Below, one piece after another: positions 1 through 10,341 of a stretch of DNA of 64,000 nt. The stretch is from Candidatus Eiseniibacteriota bacterium (lineage in GTDB: Bacteria > Eisenbacteria > RBG-16-71-46 > JABDJR01 > JAWXBZ01). Below the pieces are notes generated by a model. It had not been told where the DNA came from. It made no database searches and saw only the letters and a program-made list of their open reading frames with translations. The DNA is taken from contig JAWXBZ010000235.1 in NCBI GenBank assembly GCA_034440375.1, positions 29,563 to 93,562 of the forward strand. Reading direction: 5' to 3'. The translations under genes and the position numbers were made by a program. Every line of letters starts with the position of its first letter. Position 1 is the first letter of the stretch.

Positions 1-1
1 T

Positions 2-2494
2 TTCTGGGTGCACGTGGGATCGAACAACGAGAGCGGCGACCTGATGGGTTGGGCCCACGGCATCGAGCACATGCTCTTCAAGGGAACCGGACTTCGCCCG
101 CCCGGCGCCATCGCCCGCGAAATCAAGAATGCCGGCGGCGAGGTGAATGCCGCCACCGGCTACGAAACGACCAACTACTACATCGTGGTTCCACGGGAGG
201 AATTCCGGACGGCCCTGGACATCCACGCCGATGTCCTCCGGAACTCGGTCTTTGACCCGCTCGAGCTGGAAAACGAAAGACAGGTCCTCATTGAGGAAAA
301 CCAGATGTACCGGGACCGCCCTTCCGGTTACGGACACACCTGGGAGGAGCTGTTCCGGCTCGGCTTCACCCGCCATCGTTACCAGTCGCCGATCGGCGGC
401 CCGGACCGAAATCTGCGCGAGACCCCGCGCGAGCGCATCGTGGCCTACAAGGAGCGATATTACGTTCCGGCCAACATCGTCTACGTCATTACCGGTGATG
501 TCGAGGCCGAGGTGGCCTTTGCGGCCGTGGAGTCGGTCCTCGGCGACTGGCCGGCCGTCCCGTTCGAGGCCGATGTCTCGCCGCCGGAGCCTCTGCAGAC
601 CCGTTTTCGATACAAGGAGATCGAGGGGGACGTCTCCAGGGTCTACGGCAAGATCGGATTTCACGTCTCGAGTGAACTGGCCGACGACCACGACGCGCTT
701 CATGTCCTGTCGCATATCCTCGGCGTGGGCCGGTCGAGCCGCCTCTTCCGGGAAGTGCGGGAGAACCGGGGACTTGCCCACTCGATCAGTGTCCTGTCGG
801 TTTCCGGCGTCGATCCGGGTTACCTGGTCATCGATTTTACCGCGGACGCGCCGCGCGCCCTCGACGCCTTGACCGCCATCTTTCACGAGATCGGTCGGCT
901 GATTCGCGAGCCGGTGGCAAAGGCGGAGCTGGTCAGAACCCGCACCATGGTGGAGAGCGATTACGTTTTCGGCCTTGAAACAGTTGAGGGGCAAGCCTCC
1001 ATCCTGGGGCACTACGCCACGCTCGGGCAGCTCGAGCGGGCCTTCGACTATCCCGATCGGGTCGGTCGGGTCACCAAAGACGATGTCCGCGAGGTGGCCA
1101 CCCGCTACCTGGGCGTGGCAAAGGCGTCCGTGGTTCTATATCGGCCAAGGGGCGAGGCGCTGGCCGAAGATGTGGACCGCCTGGAGGCCAGGCTGTCGGC
1201 GGCGGAATCGGGCGTATCCGGCGCCGCGCCGCCTCTGGCGGCGGTCATTCCGGGTGCGAAGTTCCGCGTCAGCCGCCATCTTCTCTCGAACGGTCTGACC
1301 GCCCTCATCGAGTCGATTCCAGGCCCGCCGATCGTGGCGGTCACGGTGCCGATGCGCTGCGGCAGCGGCGAGGAAAGCCGCGCGAACAACGGGGTGACCC
1401 ACCTGATGCAGCAGCTCCGCCTGAAAGGGGCGGGGGGGCGTAATGCCGAAGCGCTGGCGTCGATCATCGAGTCGATGGGAGGGCACATCCGCCCCTTTGC
1501 CGGGCGCGACGTTTCCGGCGTGTCGATGTCGGTCCTTCGCTCGCGGCTGGACGACGCCCTGCCGATCCTGGTCGATGTGCTGCTGCATCCCGATTTCCCC
1601 CCCGAGGAGATCGAGCGGGAGCGATCCAAGACGATGGCCGACATGGCGGCCCTGCGCGATTCAAGCCTTCAGTTCACGATGCAGAGTTTCAACGAAACAA
1701 TTTTCGCCGGCCATCCGTATGGCCTGGCTCTCCTTGGCAACGTCGAGTCCGTGCCTGCCATCACCCGGGACGACCTCCAGAGTTGGCATGAAACCCACGT
1801 CGCACCGGAGCGTATGGTCGTGGCCGTCGTGGGGGACATCACCGAAACGGAGGCTCTTGATCGACTCGAGCGGTGGTTCGGCAAACTCGTCCCGGGAAAG
1901 CCGCTGGCGGAAGTCCCACTCGTGATGCCGGTGCTGCGCCCGAGCCGGACCGTGCTTGAGAAGGAGGTGGCTCAATCCGTCATCGTCCTTGGCAGCCCGG
2001 GCCCGGCCCACGACAGTCCGGAACGATTCGCGCTGGATGTCCTGATGTCGGTGCTGTCCGGGATGGGCAATCGGCTCTTCGATGAACTCCGTGATCGCCA
2101 GCACCTCTGTTACTTCACCGGAGCCTTCGCCAGCTTGCTGGCCCGGGGCGGCGTGGTTGGCGCCTACATCGGCACCCGACCGGCCAACGAAAATCAGGCT
2201 ATCGACGGGCTCATGGCGGAGCTGGAAAAGATCCGCCGCGAGCCACCGACGGAGGAAGAGATGCAGCGGGCCAAAAACACAATCGCCGGCGGTTACGTCA
2301 TCGATCTGCAGCGGCGCGGCGCGCGGGCACAACTTCTGGCCCAGGCCGAAGTGTCCGGTCTTGGGCTGGAGGAGGCTCTGGGCTACCTCGATCGAATCCG
2401 CACCGTCAGCGCCAGGGACGTTTGCGATGTCGCCGCCCGGTGGTTCCAACTCGAGTCGACAACACTCACGATACTGAAACCAAAGGTTACCTGA
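2..2494 (+). CDS. M16 family (insulinase/pitrilysin-like) zinc metallopeptidase, two tandem M16 units; 5' end truncated by the window edge
   Basis: Inverted zinc motif HxxEH (GWAHGIEHMLFKGT) at residues 16-20, so the N-terminus lies upstream of the window. Second M16 unit follows (GVTHLMQQLRLKGA). Length about 830 aa is typical of PqqL-like two-unit M16 proteins. Confidence 0.8.
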   Translation, partial: FWVHVGSNNESGDLMGWAHGIEHMLFKGTGLRPPGAIAREIKNAGGEVNAATGYETTNYYIVVPREEFRTALDIHADVLRNSVFDPLELENERQVLIEENQMYRDRPSGYGHTWEELFRLGFTRHRYQSPIGGPDRNLRETPRERIVAYKERYYVPANIVYVITGDVEAEVAFAAVESVLGDWPAVPFEADVSPPEPLQTRFRYKEIEGDVSRVYGKIGFHVSSELADDHDALHVLSHILGVGRSSRLFREVRENRGLAHSISVLSVSGVDPGYLVIDFTADAPRALDALTAIFHEIGRLIREPVAKAELVRTRTMVESDYVFGLETVEGQASILGHYATLGQLERAFDYPDRVGRVTKDDVREVATRYLGVAKASVVLYRPRGEALAEDVDRLEARLSAAESGVSGAAPPLAAVIPGAKFRVSRHLLSNGLTALIESIPGPPIVAVTVPMRCGSGEESRANNGVTHLMQQLRLKGAGGRNAEALASIIESMGGHIRPFAGRDVSGVSMSVLRSRLDDALPILVDVLLHPDFPPEEIERERSKTMADMAALRDSSLQFTMQSFNETIFAGHPYGLALLGNVESVPAITRDDLQSWHETHVAPERMVVAVVGDITETEALDRLERWFGKLVPGKPLAEVPLVMPVLRPSRTVLEKEVAQSVIVLGSPGPAHDSPERFALDVLMSVLSGMGNRLFDELRDRQHLCYFTGAFASLLARGGVVGAYIGTRPANENQAIDGLMAELEKIRREPPTEEEMQRAKNTIAGGYVIDLQRRGARAQLLAQAEVSGLGLEEALGYLDRIRTVSARDVCDVAARWFQLESTTLTILKPKVT

Positions 2495-2511
2495 ATCAAG
2501 GAGCCTGATTG

Positions 2512-4800
2512 ATGCCCGATATGAGGCAACTGCCGGCCACCCTGTACCTCATGGTCGGGGCGCTGGCGGTGTTGCTGGGCGTGGTCATCTTTCGGGAGAA
2601 CGCCCGGGAACGGATTCATCGGGTCACGGCCACCCTCCTGATCCTGGTGGGGCTCAAGGCCGCCTACGAAGGGTTGGTCTATGCGTCGGTCACAACGGCG
2701 CTGGCTGCCACCCCGGCCGACCCCATTCTCGGGGCGCTCGGCTTTCTCTGGGAATTTTTCTTCCCGACGCTGGTCCTCTTTGCCTCGATCTTTCCGGCGG
2801 ACTCCGCCTGGATGCGCCAATTCCGCTTCGGCCCGCTTCTCCTGTTTCTGCCGCACACGTTTCATTTCGTCCTGATGGTGTACCTCGGGGTTTTCGGGCG
2901 CACTGACCTTGGACTGTCGGCGGTGGCGCCGGAAGGGGGATGGGTTCGCGGTATTTTTCGGCTCACGGAAACCATCTTCGGCCTGCTCCTGTCGGTGCAG
3001 CTGGCATTCTTTTCACTGGTCAACATTTTTTATCTGACGCTGGCCACGGCCCTCCTCTATCGCTCCTGGCGGGCTACTTCCAATCCACGACTCGGTACCC
3101 AGCTCCGGATCATCACCATTGGCCTCGGTTCGTGCGTTGGCCTGTACATGCTGGCCGAGCCGATGCCGACCCTCCTCGGCATGGAACTCGCGCCCTGGCT
3201 CCGGCAGGGTCTCGTGGTCGGCGCGCTGACGCTGGCCGTGGGCGCCATTGCCTGGTCAATCGTCCGCTATCGTTTCCTCGACACGCAGCTCCTGGCCCGG
3301 CGCTCAATTCTCTACGCGCTGGTGACGGCGGCCCTGGTGGGCGCATACCTCACGCTGGTCCGCCAGGTCCAGGAGTTGCTGGCCCGCGCGCTGGGCCGCG
3401 AACTGACCGTCATCGAGCCGGTGTTCCTGGTACTGGCGCTGATCCTGTTCCAACCCGTGTTGCAGCGGCTGGAGGAGCTGATCGATTCCTGGTTTCTGCG
3501 CGACCGACACGATCACCGGAACATCCTGCGCGACCTTTCGCGTGACATCATTTCGATCCTTGACCGGAGGGATCTGACGCGCCGGATCGTGTCGACACTT
3601 TCCGAGGGGGTCCTGGCCCGCCATCCGATCCTCATCGACCTGGAGGCGCCGGCGGGGGAGCGGGTCACGGCCGACGAGGTCGTATCCTTAGAAGCCCTGG
3701 CGCTGGAGGAGGATTCCATCCTAGCGGAACTGCGCAGGCTGCCTCTCGACCAGGACTTCATCCATCGCGATCAGATGGCTGGACGACTCCAGGCCTGGGG
3801 AACACCGATCATCGACCTCCTGTACCGGCTGCGCATTCGCTACCTGGTGCCGATTCGCCATGGTGACCGGCTCCTTGGCGTTCTGCTGCTCGGTCGCAAG
3901 GTGACCAATGTGTCGTACACCGGCGAGGAGGTCAGCCTCCTGTCGACACTGGCCAACCAGCTCGGGGTGGCGCTCCAGAATTCAGCTCTCTACAAGCAGA
4001 GCCTTGAAAAAGCCGTCATGGAAGAAGAATTGGCGCTGGCCCGTCAGATCCAGGAGCGGCTGCTGCCGTCCGAGCTGCCGCGCATCGACCCGTTTCATGT
4101 GTCGGCCATCAACGTCCCCAGCAAGACGGTGGGCGGTGACTTCTACGACTTCGTCGAGCTGGAAGATGGTCGCCTCCTATTTGCCATCGCCGATGTGGCC
4201 GGCAAGGGGGTGCCGGCGGCGCTCCTTACCTCCATGCTGCAGGCCTCGCTCCGGACGCAGGTTCACGTGATGACCAGCCCCAGCCGGATACTGGCCAATC
4301 TCAACGACCTGACGTACCGGTTCACCGCCGCTGATCAGTTCGCCACGTTATTCCTCGGGGTGCTCGACCCGGCCCGGCAGACGCTGACCTACGCCAATGC
4401 CGGGCACAATTTTCCGATGCGGCTGGCCGCGGACGGCACGGTGGAAGGGCTGACCGAGGGGGGACTCCTGCTCGGTGCGTTTCCGGGCATTCAATGGACG
4501 GAAACGACCATTCATCTCGTGCCCGGGGAGTGCCTGGTGTTTTATACCGATGGCGTCACGGAAGCCCGTCCGGCGGGAATCGACGAGGAGTACGGGGAGC
4601 GCCGGTTCCTGGAGCAGCTTCATCGCCTGCGGGAGGCGCCGCCAGAGCGGATCATGGACGCCATCCTGGAAGACGTGGCCGCTTACGCCGGTGACGAACA
4701 GGCCGACGACATCACGCTCATCATCATCCGGATCGACGACACACCGGTCGAGCGGGGGGAGGTCGACCAGGTTCCGGCGATGCTGGAAGAGAGTCTCTGA
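2512..4800 (+). CDS. Membrane-bound PP2C/SpoIIE-family serine phosphatase with N-terminal polytopic (7-8 TM) sensor domain and central GAF domain (RsbU-like)
   Basis: About 300 aa of hydrophobic helices at the N-terminus. GAF-like segment (LLGRKVTNVSYTGEEVSLLSTLANQLGVAL). C-terminal PP2C signature (VGGDFYDF...FAIADVAGKGVPAALLTSMLQ...FYTDGVTEA). ATG at 2512 lies 18 nt after the M16 stop. Confidence 0.7.
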   Translation: MPDMRQLPATLYLMVGALAVLLGVVIFRENARERIHRVTATLLILVGLKAAYEGLVYASVTTALAATPADPILGALGFLWEFFFPTLVLFASIFPADSAWMRQFRFGPLLLFLPHTFHFVLMVYLGVFGRTDLGLSAVAPEGGWVRGIFRLTETIFGLLLSVQLAFFSLVNIFYLTLATALLYRSWRATSNPRLGTQLRIITIGLGSCVGLYMLAEPMPTLLGMELAPWLRQGLVVGALTLAVGAIAWSIVRYRFLDTQLLARRSILYALVTAALVGAYLTLVRQVQELLARALGRELTVIEPVFLVLALILFQPVLQRLEELIDSWFLRDRHDHRNILRDLSRDIISILDRRDLTRRIVSTLSEGVLARHPILIDLEAPAGERVTADEVVSLEALALEEDSILAELRRLPLDQDFIHRDQMAGRLQAWGTPIIDLLYRLRIRYLVPIRHGDRLLGVLLLGRKVTNVSYTGEEVSLLSTLANQLGVALQNSALYKQSLEKAVMEEELALARQIQERLLPSELPRIDPFHVSAINVPSKTVGGDFYDFVELEDGRLLFAIADVAGKGVPAALLTSMLQASLRTQVHVMTSPSRILANLNDLTYRFTAADQFATLFLGVLDPARQTLTYANAGHNFPMRLAADGTVEGLTEGGLLLGAFPGIQWTETTIHLVPGECLVFYTDGVTEARPAGIDEEYGERRFLEQLHRLREAPPERIMDAILEDVAAYAGDEQADDITLIIIRIDDTPVERGEVDQVPAMLEESL

Positions 4801-4843
4801 GTGTGTGAGCCCGAGGAGATTCCACCGGATTCCGCCGAACGCG

Positions 4844-5155
4844 TCAGGCCGCTTCCCGGAGTGCCAGGCCGATCATGATCACCACAGTGGCCAGCGTGAT
4901 GAGCGCCGTGATCACCACCGACACCGCCAGAAACCGGCGCGCCGTGGGACCGTGGACGATCCGCTCCCATCCTTCGTCATCCACTGACATCCGAAGGAAG
5001 AGAAGCAGGCCGCCAATGCACATCGTCGAGGCCGGCACGGCCGCGCCCAGGCTCGCCTGTTCCGAGGCCGCAATGGCCAGGAGCACCAGAAGCCCCGAGA
5101 ACGCCGAAATCGCCGCCAGCCATCGCCATGAGGATCGTTCAGTGATTCGTCTCAT
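4844..5155 (-). CDS. small hypothetical membrane protein (3 predicted TM helices)
   Basis: ORF with strongly hydrophobic segments (WLAAISAFSGLLVLLAIAA; MCIGGLLLFL; AVSVVITALITLATVVIMIGLAL). ATG at 5155. No recognisable family. Confidence 0.35.
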   Translation of the reverse strand: MRRITERSSWRWLAAISAFSGLLVLLAIAASEQASLGAAVPASTMCIGGLLLFLRMSVDDEGWERIVHGPTARRFLAVSVVITALITLATVVIMIGLALREAA

Positions 5156-5323
5156 GGCATTCCCATCGGCCGGATTGCCGCCCCCCTTTAGTTGCAACTG
5201 AGCGAATCGCACGAGTCACGTGCCCTCCGAATCGGCCTCGTGCCAGAGGAAACGTCCGGGGGATCCAACCCATTGAACAGCAGGCCGTGCCCGGAGGTCC
5301 AATGACTCAATCGCTTTGCCGGT

Positions 5324-5700
5324 GTGGGAGAACTGAAGGACGTGACGGCACCGAGAGGACTAACGGAAGAATCCACGATCTCCACCACGCCGCGTCAGCC
5401 GGGCCTTGACCTGCTCCGTCTCGTGGCCATTGTGCTGGTGCTCGGCCGTCATCTGTTGCCACCGCCGGATTCGTTGCCGGGCGGCTGGCGAATGGCCTTG
5501 GCCACCTGGCAGCAGGGTGGGTGGATTGGCGTTGATCTCTTCTTCGTCCTGAGCGGCTTCCTGGTGTCCGGGCTCTTGTTTGCCTAGTTCAAGTTGCATG
5601 GCCAGGTGACGCCTGCCCTGTTTTTTGCCCGCCGGGCGTGGAAAATTTATCCGCCGTACCTGGTGCTCATTGCCGTCACGGTCCATTCCTGTTCACGGTG
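5324..5700 (+). pseudogene. Acyltransferase family 3 (OafA/YrhL-like) gene remnant: only the first about 110 codons, interrupted by an in-frame TAG at 5585-5587
   Basis: N-terminal acyltransferase_3 signature LDLLRLVAIVLVLGRHL...GWIGVDLFFVLSGFLVSGLLFA, then TAG. The same frame resumes with ...ARRAWKIYPPYLVLIAVTV (canonical continuation) and then degenerates into non-homologous sequence. It collides with the convergent msrBA gene at 5780. Full-length members are 350-650 aa. Confidence 0.55.
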
Positions 5701-5779
5701 GGGCTCACTCTCTTGTATCTCGGGGGCCGTTGGACCACCCAGTGCCAACGCCCCATCTCCCTCCGGGAGCAGGCCCCAC

Positions 5780-6953
5780 TCAGTGAGCCGCGTCCTCACC
5801 CCAGAGCTCTTTCAACCGGGCATCACGACCACAGCCGAGTCGGTAGCCGAAATAATGGACCGGGTTCTTCCGGTGATAGTCCTGATGGTATTCCTCGGCG
5901 GGCCAGAAGGTGCCGGCGGGACTGATCGTCGTGACGATCGGTCCCGACACCTTCAACTTCGTGGCAGCCCAGTCCCGGCTCGCCTCGGCCAGCGCCTGCT
6001 GCCGGGTGCTGCGAGGGAAAATGGCGGCCCGATAGGTGTCGCCCCAATCGCAGAACTGCCGGTCGTCCGTCGTCGGATCGACGTTTCGCCAGTACACCTT
6101 CAACAGGTCGGCGTAGCTCACCTTTGTGGAATCAAAGGCTACCCAGATGGCTTCGATGTGGCCCGTCGTGTGGGTATTGCTCATCTCATACGTCGGGTCG
6201 TCCATATGCCCGCCGGTGTAGCCGGAAACAACCGCATAAACTCCAGGAATTTTCTCGAAGGGTAGTTCCATGCACCAGAAGCAGCCACCGGCCAGGATGG
6301 CCACATCCTGGTTCGGTTGGTCGGCCGGCAGCATGGCCATGCCGGAGTGCTTCGATTTCGGCGCCCGCGAGAGCTGGAATCGGGCGGCGTCGGCGCCCCG
6401 CAATTCCGGCAACTCTTCCTCGCCGGGTACAAATCGGAGTGACACGCCGTTATTGCACCAGCGCTGGCCGGTCGGGGGGGGGCCGTCATCAAAGAGGTGG
6501 CCCATGTGTCCGCCGCACCGCACGCAGTGATACTCGGTTCGGGGCACGATCATCTTCGTATCCTGCCTGAGCCCGAGCCGCCCCGGTATCGGTTCGAAGA
6601 AGCTGGGCCACCCCGTGCCGCTGTCGAACTTGCTTTTCGACGAAAAGACCGGGAGATAGCAAGCCGCGCAGACGAACGTTCCCGCGCGGTGTTCGTCATT
6701 CAACGGGCTGGTGAAAGCCCGTTCCGTTCCGTCCTCGAACAGGACCCGCCGGGCTTCCGGCGAGACCTTGTCGCGCCAGAAGTCGGGGGTCACGGCCAGC
6801 GGTGAAACGGCCGTCATGTCCCAGGCAGCGGCGTGAGGGCCAACCGTCGGGGGCGTGTCGGCGCGCGTGCTGTTTCGGGGAGTCGCCCCGCAGGCCATCA
6901 GGAGGAGGGCGGGGAGTGTCAGGCCGATAAGCCAGGCCGGCTGGCGGTTGGGT
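5780..6953 (-). CDS. Peptide methionine sulfoxide reductase, fused MsrB-MsrA (domain order B then A), with lipoprotein-type signal peptide
   Basis: MsrB motifs (CAACYLPVF...GWPSFF...HCVRCGGHMGHLFDDG) are followed by the MsrA active site GCFWC (ILAGGCFWCMELPFEKIPGVY). Probable start is ATG 6953 (MSPNRQPAWLIGLTLPALLLMACG, lipobox-like) rather than the ORF-track start at 7081. Confidence 0.8.
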
Positions 6954-7081
6954 GACATGCCGGGTTGGATGCCGCGGGAAGGCGGCTGGTTTCCTTTAAT
7001 ATCGGGTGACGTCAGGATTGCTGATAGGGAAACCACGTGTAATTGCTCCCAAAAGGCATCGATTCTCGTGACAGGCTCCAT

Positions 7082-7990
7082 TCACTTACCGCGAAAGTTG
7101 ACTTTTCGGCCCGCGTTGCAAATGGCGACGACGGCCGGGTGACTTAAGCGCCGCTCTGCAGAGATGGCGTAGAATCGCTGGCGGAGGGTGCCGACCCGCC
7201 CGACAACCCGCACGCGGTAGCGCTTGACCACGTCCGCTTCGATGGCGGAAGGGCCAGCGAAGACCCCGACGCCGGCCTCTCCGAGCACCTTTAGGAGGGC
7301 GCTGTCGTCGATCTCGCCGACGATCCGCGGCCGCAGCTTCTGCGACTCGAACCAGTCCTCGAGGCTCCGGCGCAGTGCTGCGTTGCGGCCCGGAAGCAAG
7401 AAGGGGGCTCCATTCAACCCACCGGGAAACCGCTTGTGCAGGGTCGCCGCCACACGTGGGTTCGCGAAGAAGCAGGTGCCGGTCTCGCCAAGGAGATGAC
7501 TGAATAGCTTGACCGGCAGCTCCGACCCCGCAGGGGCATCGGAGAGCACAACATCGAGGCCGTGTACCGCCAACTCAGAGAGGAACCCTTCCAGGGACCT
7601 GTCCTCGCGACAGACGAGACGCACGGGCTCACCCAGTTGCAGGGCCGGCTCGATGAGTTGTTGCACGATCGCTTTGGGCACCGCGTTTGTAACGCCGACG
7701 ACGAGACGGAGCGGGTGTCCAGCCGCTTGTCCTCTGACGGTCTCAACAAACTCCCGCCCGAGAGTGAAGATCTCGTCGGCATAACGAAAAGCGACGCGCC
7801 CCACATCGGTGAGTACCAGGCGTCGCCCAACGCGCCTGAAGAGCTTCTCACCCAGCATCTCCTCCAGCCGTCGGATCTGACCGCTGACAGTCGGCTGGGC
7901 GAGCCGGAGCTCTTTGCTCGCTCGCACAATGCTGCCTTCCCGGGCGACCATCCAAAAGTAGAGAAAATGGTGGTAGTTGAGCCACTCCAT
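7082..7990 (-). CDS. LysR-family transcriptional regulator (NhaR-like N-terminal HTH)
   Basis: N-terminal HTH MEWLNYHHFLYFWMVAREGSIVRASKELRLAQPTVSGQIRRLEEMLGEKLF. LysR substrate-binding C-terminal region. Divergent from the carbonic anhydrase gene. Confidence 0.8.
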   Translation of the reverse strand: MEWLNYHHFLYFWMVAREGSIVRASKELRLAQPTVSGQIRRLEEMLGEKLFRRVGRRLVLTDVGRVAFRYADEIFTLGREFVETVRGQAAGHPLRLVVGVTNAVPKAIVQQLIEPALQLGEPVRLVCREDRSLEGFLSELAVHGLDVVLSDAPAGSELPVKLFSHLLGETGTCFFANPRVAATLHKRFPGGLNGAPFLLPGRNAALRRSLEDWFESQKLRPRIVGEIDDSALLKVLGEAGVGVFAGPSAIEADVVKRYRVRVVGRVGTLRQRFYAISAERRLSHPAVVAICNAGRKVNFRGK

Positions 7991-8180
7991 GGCCGGCAGT
8001 ATACCTCGTATTTTACGAAGGATTGCCTCTAATCTTTCTTATTTTATTCAGGGCTCGTGTATCCGATTCTTCACATGTGCCTCGCGAGGTGCGAACCCGA
8101 TCTGAACTTCCGAGGAGATTCTGCCGGAACCCCGTACGGGGACCCGGGTCACTTACACGTCACACGAGGGGCCAACCCCG

Positions 8181-8885
8181 ATGACCACACTACAACTCGC
8201 GCCGACTTTTCTCCTGGCTTCACTGCTGCTCTGCGCGTTGCCCGCGATCTCCAATGAGCCACGGCGCGACCGGGAACACCCGAAAGTTGTCGCTGCCGAT
8301 GCATTCGCCCGTCTCGAAGACGGCAACCAGCGCTACGTGGCTGCAGAAAGCTCATGCCTCCACGACAGACAGGACGCCAAGCGCCGCGTCGATCAGGCCA
8401 CCGATCAGCATCCGTTCGCAGTCATCCTCGGTTGCGCGGATTCGCGCACTTCACCGGAGCTGTTGTTCGACCAGGGCCTCGGTGATTTGTTCGTCGTCCG
8501 GGTGGCCGGCAATGTTCTCAACGACCACGTCCTCGGCAGCATCGAGTATGCGGTCGAACATCTAGGGGCTCGGATCGTCGTCGTCCTCGGCCATGAGCGC
8601 TGCGGCGCGGTTAAAGCCACCAGAGACATTCTTGCAACCAAAGCCGAGGCGCCATCGCACATCAACTCGCTGGTTAGCGCCATTCGGCCGGCGGTGGAGG
8701 CCGCCCCCGGGACCGACCTGGAGGTCATGATCCACGCGAACATCCGATACGTGGTTCAAGGTCTGCGCTCATCCGCCCCCACTCTCAAGAGCAAGGTTGA
8801 CTCGGGGGAGATCGTCGTGGTGGGTGCCTACTACGACCTCGATACGGGTAAGGTGGTTTTCATCGATGATGGGCAGGATGACTGA
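8181..8885 (+). CDS. beta-class carbonic anhydrase with Sec signal peptide (periplasmic)
   Basis: Signal peptide MTTLQLAPTFLLASLLLCALPAIS. Beta-CA zinc ligand motifs (LGCADSR...VLGHERCGAVKA). Confidence 0.8.
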   Translation: MTTLQLAPTFLLASLLLCALPAISNEPRRDREHPKVVAADAFARLEDGNQRYVAAESSCLHDRQDAKRRVDQATDQHPFAVILGCADSRTSPELLFDQGLGDLFVVRVAGNVLNDHVLGSIEYAVEHLGARIVVVLGHERCGAVKATRDILATKAEAPSHINSLVSAIRPAVEAAPGTDLEVMIHANIRYVVQGLRSSAPTLKSKVDSGEIVVVGAYYDLDTGKVVFIDDGQDD

Positions 8886-9075
8886 AACAGAGCGAGATCA
8901 CTGTGGATCGTCATGCCGGTAGCAGGGGCGTGTCTGAAACAGCACTGGTTTCCGCGAAGTCGCCGAGGCGCGGATTCTGCGATGAGCGCCAATCACGAGG
9001 ACTACAACCAGCCCACGCCGAACCATGCTCAGACACAAGGAACGCCGGTCGTGTGGCCGCAGAGAGGTGAAGTCA

Positions 9076-10289
9076 TGAACAGGTACTCAACCACCGGGAC
9101 AGGCGACACTGAGATGCCAACCATGGATCTGAGCGAGCTCCAGGCTCACATCCGTGCCCTCATCACGTTGGAGGAGACTGACGCGCCGACGCTCAGTTGC
9201 TACCTGAGCGTGGGGGGGCCGGTCAACGACCCCCTGCCAGCGTTTGATCGGCGCGTGAACGCAGTCCGCAAGGTGCTCCGGCGGGAGGAACGCGAGCCCT
9301 TCGAGGAGGCACTCAACCACATCAAAAACTTTCTGGCCAATGAAGTGCATTCCGCCGCACAAGGCGTAGCGGTCTTCTCCCGGGCCGGGACGAGGCCCTT
9401 TTCCCTGGGACTGCAGTTTCAGGTGCCGCTTCCCGACCTGCTATTGGTTGACTCGACTCCAAACATCCACCACCTGGTCGAGCTCAAGGACACTTACCAC
9501 CGTTACGTCGTGCTCATCACCACCGAGAAGTGGGCGCGTATCCTCGAAGTCAACCTCGGCGCCATCACGGAAGAACTATGGACCGCGCGACCCGAGCTGC
9601 GCGAGCGGGTAGGCCGTGAGTGGACTCAGGAGCATTACCAGAACCACCGTCGCGATCGTGGCGAACGCTTCCTCAAGGAAAAGATCGAGGTTCTCGAGCA
9701 ACTCATGTCAGCCGGCGGACACACCCACCTGATCCTGGCGGGTAGCCCCCGTCTGACTGCGAGGGTACGCAACTGCCTCCCGAAACACATCGCCGCCAAG
9801 CTTGTGGACACCGTGTCGGCCTCAGCGAACGTTCGTGTAGACGATGTGGTCACTGCGACGCTGTCGAGTTTCGTCGAAGTGGAACAGGAGGAGTCGCTGA
9901 CCGCCGTGGCTCAGCTCGTCAGCAACCTGCGGCGCGGTGGTCTCGCTGTATCCGCTACCGGACCCACCCTCCTGGCCCTGCGACGCGGGCAGGCCGACGT
10001 CCTGGTCCTGGCCACGACATACGAACCGCCGCTCGGGGCAAGCTGCCGAGCCTGCGGGTGGATCGATGCTGTGTCCCGAATGCCCGCGGAATGCCCGGAG
10101 TGCACATCGGCCGAGCTCAGGGCCGTGAACCTCAAGGAGGCAATGGTCAAACTCGCGGTGGAACGATCCACCGAGGTCGAGTTCGTCCGGGACAGCGACA
10201 CCCTTATGGATCTCGGCGGTGTGGGTTGCCTGTTGCGATACGCGATGTCGAAGCAGGGCATGTGGGTTGGATCCGAAGAGGGCATGTGA
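9076..10289 (+). CDS. eRF1/Pelota-like (baeRF-type) protein with C-terminal Cys4 zinc ribbon; function unknown
   Basis: Three-part architecture with a central RNase H-like core (HRYVVLITTEKWARILEV...THLILAGSPRLTARV). C-terminal CRACGW...CPEC zinc ribbon. ATG 9076 is preceded by GAGAGGTG. Assignment is by motif resemblance only. Confidence 0.4.
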
Positions 10290-10341
10290 TGAAAGTCAAT
10301 CTCCGCAGATCTCGTGGCCCAGTACCCAATCAAGAGATCTC

